A DNA stretch of 64,000 bases from a virus (taxonomy: Duplodnaviria; Caudoviricetes), in IMG/VR virus record IMGVR_UViG_3300047157_000186, one strand, 5' to 3'. The notes below the pieces were generated by a model. It had not been told where the DNA came from and ran no database searches. It saw only the letters and a program-made list of their open reading frames with translations. The translations under genes were made by a program, and so were the position numbers. Every line of letters begins with the position of its first letter. The first letter of the stretch is position 1. Positions 20,252-27,804 of the stretch are shown here, piece after piece.

Positions 20252-20275
20252 AATTTTTATTTTTAAGATTAATAA

Positions 20276-20734
20276 TTAGGCGGCAACTGCAGCCTTAGGT
20301 TCATTCTGAGTAAAGGCTTTAGAAGCCCAAGATGATGCTCCAACCAATTTATATTGAGACATATCCATAAGGTTGGTATTATCATACATACCGTTAATAG
20401 TACCAACAGTTAAGTTAGCCAAGATAGATTCATCGATCAGCTTAACCTTCTTACCAGTTCTTGAGAAGACAGTCAACCAAAAGCTTGAACCTTCAGGTTT
20501 GAACTGAACAGTCTGTAAGGCACCTCTCTTATAACCACTAATGGCCATTTCAGGATTCTCTTTTATTCTTGGATTATCAAAATCTCTGGCATCACAGACA
20601 GTCATACCTAATTTGGTTTTAACTACCATTCTAAATTCACCTGGATTGAAATACTCTGAAAGTATATCAGTGACTATAAGTTCTGATTGAAGACCGTAGG
20701 TCATCTGGATTGATTTGTTTTTGAATTCTTTCAT
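20276..20734 (-). CDS. Hypothetical early protein
   Basis: ORF track; first gene after promoter copy 4. Confidence 0.7.
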   Translation of the reverse strand: MKEFKNKSIQMTYGLQSELIVTDILSEYFNPGEFRMVVKTKLGMTVCDARDFDNPRIKENPEMAISGYKRGALQTVQFKPEGSSFWLTVFSRTGKKVKLIDESILANLTVGTINGMYDNTNLMDMSQYKLVGASSWASKAFTQNEPKAAVAA

Positions 20735-20772
20735 AATTTGCTTTTAATTAGTGAGGTATTAACCTCCATTAG

Positions 20773-20804
20773 TATACTACTAATATACCACAAATAGTTG
20801 ACAA
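20773..20804 (-). promoter_or_regulatory. Repeated early promoter, copy 4 (leader hairpin 20753-20766)
   Basis: TTGTCAACTATTTGTGGTATATTAGTAGTATA. Confidence 0.8.
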
Positions 20805-20849
20805 TAAAAAGCCTTTTAGCGTTTATTTTAAAAAAAGTTACGAACAATA

Positions 20850-20944
20850 CACTAAACGCGGGGTGGGTAACACACAGGGCGGAGTCTACTCTTCCAGCTC
20901 CGAAAAAAAGCTACGCCCCTAAGGAAGGTCTCTGCCTTCAACCT
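20850..20944 (-). ncRNA. Candidate small RNA with its own early promoter
   Basis: No minus-strand ORF between promoter copies 5 and 4; GC-rich stems GAAGG/CCTTC and AGGG(G)CG/CGCCCT. Confidence 0.4.
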
Positions 20945-20975
20945 ATACTACTAATATACACGAAAAGAATGACAA
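20944..20975 (-). promoter_or_regulatory. Repeated early promoter, copy 5
   Basis: TTGTCATTCTTTTCGTGTATATTAGTAGTATA; shares the upstream CCCAGATTTTGGG flank with copy 1. Confidence 0.75.
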
Positions 20976-21056
20976 CCCAAAATCTGGGCTGCCATACTTA
21001 CGAGTTAGTTGCGAACAAAGTTATTAACAATGCGTTGCGAACAGGTTTGCGAACAA

Positions 21057-21449
21057 TTAAAGAGCCGATTGCACCATGCTCACTGACACTTTATAAGTAG
21101 AGCCATTGCTTACTTTAGTCACCAACACAGGAGACTTCTTAGAACGCGGCTTATAACCAGCGATGGTATACTCATTACCTTGGATAGTAATAGTATCGCC
21201 TACATTAAGCTCACCAAGACCAACCAAGCTCTTGTAGCGATCAAAGTCTTTGGCCTCTTTAGTAACAGTAACTCCGCTCGCGTTAATCACACCAGCATTA
21301 AGTTTAATAGTAGCAGTCTCAGAGGTAAACGAAATGTTACCAGCTGAAATAGAAATACCGTGCTCAGCAGCAACCTTAGCCAATGCAGAGTCAAGAGATA
21401 CACGAAGAGCTTTAAGGGCAGGACGGTCAAAAGATTTAATTTTACTCAT
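21057..21449 (-). CDS. Hypothetical early protein
   Basis: ORF track; first gene of the minus-strand cassette. Confidence 0.75.
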   Translation of the reverse strand: MSKIKSFDRPALKALRVSLDSALAKVAAEHGISISAGNISFTSETATIKLNAGVINASGVTVTKEAKDFDRYKSLVGLGELNVGDTITIQGNEYTIAGYKPRSKKSPVLVTKVSNGSTYKVSVSMVQSAL

Positions 21450-21484
21450 TTGTTTTAGTTTAGTGAGGTATTAACCTCCATTAG

Positions 21485-21516
21485 TATACTACTAATATAC
21501 CACAAATAATCGACAT
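21485..21516 (-). promoter_or_regulatory. Repeated early promoter, copy 6 (leader hairpin 21465-21478)
   Basis: ATGTCGATTATTTGTGGTATATTAGTAGTATA. Confidence 0.8.
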
Positions 21517-21579
21517 AAAAAAATTATTGAGCGTTTATTTTCAATTTATTTTCGCGCAAAGGCCCCTCACTGACTAAAC

Positions 21580-22880
21580 TAATACCAGAGACTTGAAACA
21601 AAAGGGGACCAGGAGCATATAAAACATGTCTTTAAGCCAAAAGTAAGATAGGGTCCCCAGAGTAAGCCAGAGGTAAAAGTATCCCCAGAGCATATATTAG
21701 TCCCAGAGCGTTCCCCAGAAGCTTCCCAGGAGAAGTCCCCAGAAGAGCTCCCCAGAAGCTTTGCCAGAGTAAGTCCCCAGAAGCTTCCAGGAGCGCTAAA
21801 TAGCTTCCCAGGAGCGCTCAGGGAGCTACTTCCGGCGGATCACTACCAGCGAGCTCTGCATAGACTACTATGGCATCAACTCGCCTATGCGCACCAAGAG
21901 CACCAACGTACTGGTGAGCTGAGCACGCAACCAACACACCATCATCATATTACACAATAGAGACTATAGAGACTCAAGACACATAGAGAGCATAGTGAGT
22001 CAGAGCTCTACAGCCTTAGGCGCCTAAGCTTAGGGAGCTAATGGTACCTTAAACACCATAGGGACCAGAGGGACAAGGGATCACCAAACACATATGACTC
22101 ATTAACACATATGGTACACCACCACACCGAGGCTTCAATGAGTCCGAGCTCAGAGACTGAGAGCGTCAGAGTCATTCAGAGCTCATGCCCACCCAGAAGT
22201 CAAAACGCGTTAGTATGCGCACGCCCGGATGAAGCGCCGAATTATATAGGTATACCTTAAGTAAGTATATTAGCTATAGCTTAATTTTTGTGTCGCTTTT
22301 GTGAACACACTATCTCACCCCGGGGAATGGACTGCCCAAGCCCTCAAACTCGTCAGAGTAATCTATTCATTCCCAATCACTTACACACCGAATAAAGATG
22401 ACTCATGGGTGGAGAGAGGCCCTAATAGAATCGCGACCATTTTTAATGTCGTCGGTTCCCCAAATATTGGGTCCCCGGGGGACAGACTTACCAGGGCCCG
22501 TTTCGCGCCACTATCACTCGCACGCGCATGTAGACGTTTAGAGCCCTCAGAGTATACACCAAATAAATTAAATCTAATTACTCAGAGGGCTACATCTGGC
22601 CACGGATCACGTGAATGGTATTTTAGATAATTAGTGACTTAGAGTAACTCAGGTCAGAGCTCAGAGCCCAGAGACTCCATGTGGAATTGATCTCACGCGC
22701 GAACTCTGCAGTATCTGCAGTCTATTTAAAGAATCGCGCGCCCCCCGGGGGAGATGAGCCCGGGTCCAGACCGGGTCTGCGGTTAGGGCCTTAGCGGTAT
22801 TAAGAGTATATAGAGTGTGGGGGTTTTCCTTTAGTCGCTGAAAATTTTCCCAAAGTGGAATTTTCCCAAGGACCTTTAAT
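21580..22880. repeat. GC-rich non-coding region with polar CCAG(A/G)(A/G)G / CAGAGCT repeats and many palindromes (candidate origin or genome end)
   Basis: About 14 CCAG-purine repeats at 21583-21830; 6 GAGCTC and 4 AAGCTT; perfect 10-14 bp palindromes; lies at the divergence point of transcription. Confidence 0.7.
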
Positions 22881-22944
22881 TACTATGAGCGATGAAACAA
22901 ATCAACAAGTGGATTATATAAGGATTATAAAAGACGATTAAGAA

Positions 22945-23145
22945 ATGAACAAACAAGAAAGACCAGGCAACAAACGATTAAAGTGCATGAATCACGATCC
23001 AGAAAATTCAAAATGGGGTGAGTTTGCCCCTTTAGGTGGATGTGATGAAGTAGTTAGCGTTGATCAAAAGACTGACAAAGTTTTATGTTGGCGTTGCACC
23101 TCACAAAGCGTGTCTAATATCGGAGGCATCAGAAATCAAGAATAA
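22945..23145 (+). CDS. Small Cys-containing hypothetical protein
   Basis: ORF track; C..C..CWRC pattern, possibly Zn-binding. Confidence 0.6.
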   Translation: MNKQERPGNKRLKCMNHDPENSKWGEFAPLGGCDEVVSVDQKTDKVLCWRCTSQSVSNIGGIRNQE

Positions 23146-23170
23146 TTACTAACGTTCAAATAAGATACAA

Positions 23171-23404
23171 ATGGACAAGTTTAATGAAGAGCACATGCGT
23201 GCGTTAGAACAGAGATATAGTGAACTAGTTAATCCTAGAAAATTAATTGAGTATTTGTCTACTCCCGAGGAATTCGAAGATTGGGCAAGATTGGGAACAC
23301 CAAGCGATATTAGATCAGCCCTCATCGCATTTGAAAAAGAGGAATTATATGATCACTGTGCAATACTAAAGAAAGTATTGATTAGTATAGAATCAAATGA
23401 GTAG
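23171..23404 (+). CDS. Small protein with C-terminal UVR-like motif
   Basis: AFEKEELYDHCAIL. Confidence 0.55.
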   Translation: MDKFNEEHMRALEQRYSELVNPRKLIEYLSTPEEFEDWARLGTPSDIRSALIAFEKEELYDHCAILKKVLISIESNE

Positions 23405-24315
23405 TATAGAAGAACAATATCGTGGACTATTGGGTTCACTCTTACATAATTCAGTAAAAAAATCAGATCGCACTGGCACTGGAACACATTCTATTTTTGG
23501 AAGACAGATTAGACATGACATGAAACAAGGATTTCCTTTGTTAACTACTAAGCGTATGGCAGTCAAGACGATGATGACTGAATTAAAGTGGTTTCTTAAA
23601 GGTGATACTAATATTAAGTACCTTGTTGATAATGGGTGTAGCATTTGGAATGGTGATGCTTATAAAGCATTTAAGAGTACATTTTCGCCAATGCCCGGAA
23701 TTCAATCATCTTTACCCAGTCAAGATGAATTTATCAACAAAATCAAAACCGATAATGAGTTTGCTCAGAAGTGGGGTGAGTTAGGTCCTATTTATGGAAA
23801 GCAATGGAGAGGTTGGTTTGGTTATGATAAAAATGTAGATCCTGTTTTTGTAGATCAAATCGCAAACCTCATCGAAGAACTAAAAACAAATCCAGATTCT
23901 CGTAGACTTGATGGTTAATGCATGGAATGTTGGAGATTTACCAACTATGGCCCTTCCACCATGTCATTATGGATTTCAGTGTTACGTAAGAGATGGTAAA
24001 TATCTTTCATTAATGTGGAATCAAAGATCTGTAGATACTTTCTTAGGTCTTCCATTTAATATTGCTAGTTATGCGGCATTATTGTGTTTGATCGCAGAAG
24101 AAGTTAACATGATTCCAGATCAATTAATTGGAAACTTAGGTGATGTGCACTTATATTCTAATCATGTAGATCAAGCAATGGAACAGATTTCTAGAGAGAT
24201 TTATGATTTGCCTACTGTTTCATTTAAGAATGTAAATATATTAGATGGTGAATTTGATTACGAGGTACATGATTATAAATATCATCCAAGTATTAAAGCG
24301 CCATTAAGTAATTAA
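23397..24315 (+). CDS. thyA: Thymidylate synthase (split by a +1 nt indel near 23907)
   Basis: DRTGTGT, GFPLLTTK, ELKWFL, LGPIYGKQWR, PDSRR(L)MVNAWN, LPPCH, QRSVD.FLGLPFN, DVHLY.NH. One extra G in CTT-G-ATG. Confidence 0.92.
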
Positions 24316-24326
24316 ACTATAAAATT

Positions 24327-24425
24327 ATGAAAACTATTAAAAAAATATGGAACTATCTAATATGGTTAGAAGAGCAACGAATGAAAGCTGCAATCAAATC
24401 AGGAAGCGCTGGTCCATTAATGTAA
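24327..24425 (+). CDS. Possible 32-aa small protein
   Basis: MKTIKKIWNYLIWLEEQRMKAAIKSGSAGPLM with A-rich AAAATTATG start; read manually. Confidence 0.45.
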   Translation: MKTIKKIWNYLIWLEEQRMKAAIKSGSAGPLM

Positions 24426-24434
24426 TTTAAATTT

Positions 24435-24809
24435 ATGAAGATAGCATTAATAGCACACGATAATAAAAAAGCTGATATGGTCGCTTTTGTTTCTAAACGA
24501 TTACCATTCTTTAATAGAGAAGATGTTACGATTGTTACGACTGGTACAACTGGTAAACATTGTAAACATGCTGGCATCAAGAATTTAGAAACTGTATTAA
24601 GTGGACCATTAGGTGGTGACGCGCAGATTGCTGCAATGACAGTTGAAGGTAAAATAGATCTAGTTATTTTTATGAGAGATCCTTTAGATAAACATCCACA
24701 TGATGTAGATATTTCTATGTTGATGAGATTGTGTGATGTGCATAATATACCATTGGCTACAAATTACAAAACCGCAAGTTACTTAATTAAATACTTAAAA
24801 CAATCATGA
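24435..24809 (+). CDS. mgsA: Methylglyoxal synthase
   Basis: IALIAHD.KK, TGTTG, SGPLGGDAQI, FMRDP...HPHD.DI..L.R.CDV.NIPLATN. Confidence 0.92.
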   Translation: MKIALIAHDNKKADMVAFVSKRLPFFNREDVTIVTTGTTGKHCKHAGIKNLETVLSGPLGGDAQIAAMTVEGKIDLVIFMRDPLDKHPHDVDISMLMRLCDVHNIPLATNYKTASYLIKYLKQS

Positions 24810-25408
24810 AAAATAGTATCAAAGAACTTCTTAGGCTAGAAGTTGAAGCAATACAAAATATTCCAGTAAATGACTCGTTTGAGAACGCAGTGGATATAAT
24901 TAAGAATCATGTCCATTCGTCTGAAAAGAATGGGAAAGTAGTATTATCGGGAATGGGTAAAGCTGGTCAGATCGCATTGAATATCTCGACAACGCTTAGC
25001 TCTACAGGAACTCCATCGGTTTATTTACACCCAAGTGAAGCACAACATGGTGATTTAGGTATTTTATGCAAAGATGATGTATTAATATTATTGTCAAACT
25101 CTGGAAAAACTAGAGAAATATTAGAATTAATAATGTTATCTAGGATTTTGCACCCTGATGTTAAAGTCATTTCTATTACAGGAAAAACAAATAGTCCACT
25201 TGCAGAAAATTCAGATGTTGTATTACATACTGGAGATTCTGAAGAAATTTGCCCACTTGGATTAACGCCTACAATTTCAACAACACTGATGACAGTAATT
25301 GGTGATATGATTGTGGTTGAGCTTATGAAAAAAATCGGCTTCACTAAAAAAGAATATTCTAAAAGACATCATAGTGGGTATTTAGGTCAAAAAAGCAAAG
25401 AGCAATGA
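24806..25408 (+). CDS. kdsD: Arabinose-5-phosphate isomerase (SIS domain only, KdsD/GutQ family)
   Basis: GMGKAGQIA, LHPSEAQHGDLG, SNSGKTRE, E.CPLGLTPT.STT, H..G.LG. Confidence 0.85.
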   Translation: MKNSIKELLRLEVEAIQNIPVNDSFENAVDIIKNHVHSSEKNGKVVLSGMGKAGQIALNISTTLSSTGTPSVYLHPSEAQHGDLGILCKDDVLILLSNSGKTREILELIMLSRILHPDVKVISITGKTNSPLAENSDVVLHTGDSEEICPLGLTPTISTTLMTVIGDMIVVELMKKIGFTKKEYSKRHHSGYLGQKSKEQ

Positions 25409-25698
25409 AAGAGCAATATCCTAAATTAAATAAATTATTAAAGATATTTACGGTAGATAAAAAACTATCTCCATTAGAAAGACTTGCAAATAGATTAGCA
25501 TACGCTGGAACAACGCTTATTATAATTTCACCATATCTATTGAAGTATGACGATATTGGAGCATACACATATATCTTAGGTGGAATACTATCAATTCCAC
25601 AAGTATGGATTGCAAAACAATGGAACGTAGTTATTATTCACTCTAATTTAGTTTTTGGATATGGACTTTATATTTTAAGAAATACAATATGGCTATAG
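25405..25698 (+). CDS. Small membrane protein
   Basis: Three hydrophobic segments; overlapping start/stop coupling. Confidence 0.6.
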   Translation: MKEQYPKLNKLLKIFTVDKKLSPLERLANRLAYAGTTLIIISPYLLKYDDIGAYTYILGGILSIPQVWIAKQWNVVIIHSNLVFGYGLYILRNTIWL

Positions 25699-26030
25699 AA
25701 GAAAGACCGTGGGGAGAGTATGAAGTTATTTTAGATGCACCTGATGTAAAAATAAAACTAATAGAAGTTGCACCTAAACAAAGAATGTCATATCAATATC
25801 ATGAAAAACGGGCCGAAGTATGGACAATAATTCATGGAACATTAACCATTATACTAAATGATGAAACATTATACAGAGGTCCTGGACAATCAATCAAAAT
25901 TCCATTAGGTGCAAAACACAGAGCATGGAATAATACTGATTTGCCAGTTCATTTTGTTGAAGTTCAAACGGGAACTTATTTTGGTGAAGATGACATAATT
26001 AGAATTGAAGACGATTATAAAAGAATATAA
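25689..26030 (+). CDS. Cupin, mannose-6-phosphate isomerase type II C-terminal-like
   Basis: ERPWG.Y, SYQYHEKRAEVW, HR..N, EVQTG.YFGEDDI.R.EDDY. Confidence 0.85.
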   Translation: MAIEERPWGEYEVILDAPDVKIKLIEVAPKQRMSYQYHEKRAEVWTIIHGTLTIILNDETLYRGPGQSIKIPLGAKHRAWNNTDLPVHFVEVQTGTYFGEDDIIRIEDDYKRI

Positions 26031-26735
26031 ATGAAATCACTTGTAATAATTCCAGCGAGATGGAACTCGACCAGATTTCCAGGAAAACCATTAGAATTAA
26101 TAGGTGAAAAACCTATGATTCAACATGTTTGGGAAAAAGCATCAAGATCAAATGCTGATGAGGTGTGGATTGCAACAGATGATCAAAGAATATTTGACTG
26201 TGCTAAATCATTTGGAGCCGAAGTTATGATGACTACTAATTGTGATACCGGGACTGACAGAGTTATTGAAGTTCAACAAACATTAGGTAGTGATATAGTG
26301 GTAAATGTACAAGGTGATGAGCCATTTATAAATCCAAAAGATATTGATCACGTTATTAGTTTGATAAAATCAAATCCTACAAATACTGTAGCCACATTAA
26401 AATCAGATCTAATAGAAAACGAAGCAAACGATAAAAACACAGTTAAGATTATGTCAAATCATGATTCAGGTTCAGTGATAGAGTTTACAAGAAATAATGT
26501 AAATGGAAAATCATGGTTTAAACATATAGGAATTTATGGATATTCCTCCAATGTATTAGATAAAATTGCAATATTGTACCCTACAGAAAACGCGATAAAT
26601 AAATCATTAGAGCAATTGACGTGGATGGAGAATGAAATAGAAATGGTTGCAGGATATACAACATATAAATCATTTGGTATTGACACGCCATCAGATCTAA
26701 AACGAGCAAATAATTTTTTAAAATCAAATAAATGA
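26031..26735 (+). CDS. kdsB: CMP-Kdo synthetase (3-deoxy-manno-octulosonate cytidylyltransferase)
   Basis: IIPARWNSTRFPGKPL, ATDD.RI, GTDR, VNVQGDEP, KHIGIYGY, SLEQL, IDTP.DL. Confidence 0.85.
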   Translation: MKSLVIIPARWNSTRFPGKPLELIGEKPMIQHVWEKASRSNADEVWIATDDQRIFDCAKSFGAEVMMTTNCDTGTDRVIEVQQTLGSDIVVNVQGDEPFINPKDIDHVISLIKSNPTNTVATLKSDLIENEANDKNTVKIMSNHDSGSVIEFTRNNVNGKSWFKHIGIYGYSSNVLDKIAILYPTENAINKSLEQLTWMENEIEMVAGYTTYKSFGIDTPSDLKRANNFLKSNK

Positions 26736-27298
26736 TATTACCAACTATTGAACACACTTCGCCATCTTTTATTATGGCATATCAAATGGATGAAAAAATA
26801 TGTGACATGATTGTCGATAATTTTGACGATCTTCCTAAACTTACTAACTTTGATGATTTACGAGGATATCACAGGTTATCAAATGGTAACTTAGATCCAG
26901 ATATTTTAGAAGAATATATGTCTAAAGTTAATGAAGCATTTAAGGCATATATAAAAGAATATGAATGGTGTAATATCATGACAACTCAATGGAGTTTCTT
27001 TCCTCCATTCAATATACAGAAATATGAACCTGGGCAAGCATATAATCCAACACACATAGAATGCGGTGGCCCAAGAAAGGGTAAAATACAAAGAAAACTA
27101 GCATTCACAACATATCTCAATGATGTTGAAGAAGGTGGAGAAACTGAATTTGTATTACAAGGAATAAAAGTAAAACCAAAAAAAGGACTTACAATTATTT
27201 GGCCAGCAGGTTGGACACATCCTCATCATGGACTTCCAGCACCTAATGAAATCAAGTATATCGCTACTGGTTGGGCAGGATATCACCATAGAGACTAA
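26732..27298 (+). CDS. 2OG-Fe(II) oxygenase (P4H-like superfamily)
   Basis: IQKY, HxE, YLNDVEEGGETEF, WPA.WTH.H, KYIATGW. Confidence 0.8.
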   Translation: MILPTIEHTSPSFIMAYQMDEKICDMIVDNFDDLPKLTNFDDLRGYHRLSNGNLDPDILEEYMSKVNEAFKAYIKEYEWCNIMTTQWSFFPPFNIQKYEPGQAYNPTHIECGGPRKGKIQRKLAFTTYLNDVEEGGETEFVLQGIKVKPKKGLTIIWPAGWTHPHHGLPAPNEIKYIATGWAGYHHRD

Positions 27299-27304
27299 TA
27301 CTTT

Positions 27305-27760
27305 ATGAAGTTCAAAAAATTAACAGGACCACCTAAATTTGAACTTGCACCTTACGTTAAAGAATTTATTGAAAACAACAAAGGATTCGATATGAAAATA
27401 TATTTAGGGTGTGATAGTCAAAATAAGGCTATTAAAACAGTGTATGCAACTACATTAGTTTTTCATGTTGCGTCAGCAGGATGCCACGTGATATATAAAA
27501 AGGAGGAGGTTCCAATTATAAAAGATATGTGGACTAGATTGTGGAAAGAAACTGAAAAATCATGTGAAGTAGCTCTTTATTTAAGAGAACATGGCATAGA
27601 AGTTTCTACTATAGATTTAGATTATAATACAGATCCACAGAAAAAATCAAATAAATTAGTTAAAGCTGCAGTTGGATATGTTGAGTCGATGGGATTCAAA
27701 GCTAGATGTAAGCCCGATCTTTTACCTGGAGTTTATGCTGCAGATAATATCGTAAACTAA
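27305..27760 (+). CDS. YkuK/DUF458 RNase H-like protein
   Basis: [12 protein letters not shown]...S, IDLDYN, AAD motifs. Confidence 0.7.
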   Translation: MKFKKLTGPPKFELAPYVKEFIENNKGFDMKIYLGCDSQNKAIKTVYATTLVFHVASAGCHVIYKKEEVPIIKDMWTRLWKETEKSCEVALYLREHGIEVSTIDLDYNTDPQKKSNKLVKAAVGYVESMGFKARCKPDLLPGVYAADNIVN

Positions 27761-27804
27761 TTTTAATAAATACATATAAGAATAGTAAAACAAATATACA
27801 ATAT

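Noticed and set aside
20798-21100. Plus-strand 100-aa ORF
   Set aside because: It runs antisense through two promoters and their upstream motifs, with atypical composition.
17614-21830. Possible CRISPR array (recurrent ~32-50 bp repeats; CCCCAG repeats)
   Set aside because: The long repeats are hundreds of bp apart and head ORFs, so they are promoters. The short repeats lack constant length and 25-45 bp unique spacers, and no cas gene is present.
22301-22630. Plus-strand 109-aa GTG-start ORF in the GC-rich region
   Set aside because: It crosses palindromes and GC runs, has codon and amino-acid usage unlike the rest of the genome, and shows no recognisable motif.
15960-22940. Recombinase-invertible segment explaining the minus-strand cassette
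   Set aside because: I found no long inverted repeat pair at the flanks by eye (the shared motifs are in direct orientation), and no recombinase gene is in the window.
23895-23925. Programmed frameshift or intron in thyA
   Set aside because: The two halves join by removing one base, with no intervening sequence or slippery heptamer, and similar indels occur in other genes.
14454-24300. Replication origin called from GC skew
   Set aside because: C/A richness is obvious only locally (15.5-16.4 kb and 21.55-22.2 kb), and spot counts inside the cassette were balanced. A computed cumulative skew is needed.
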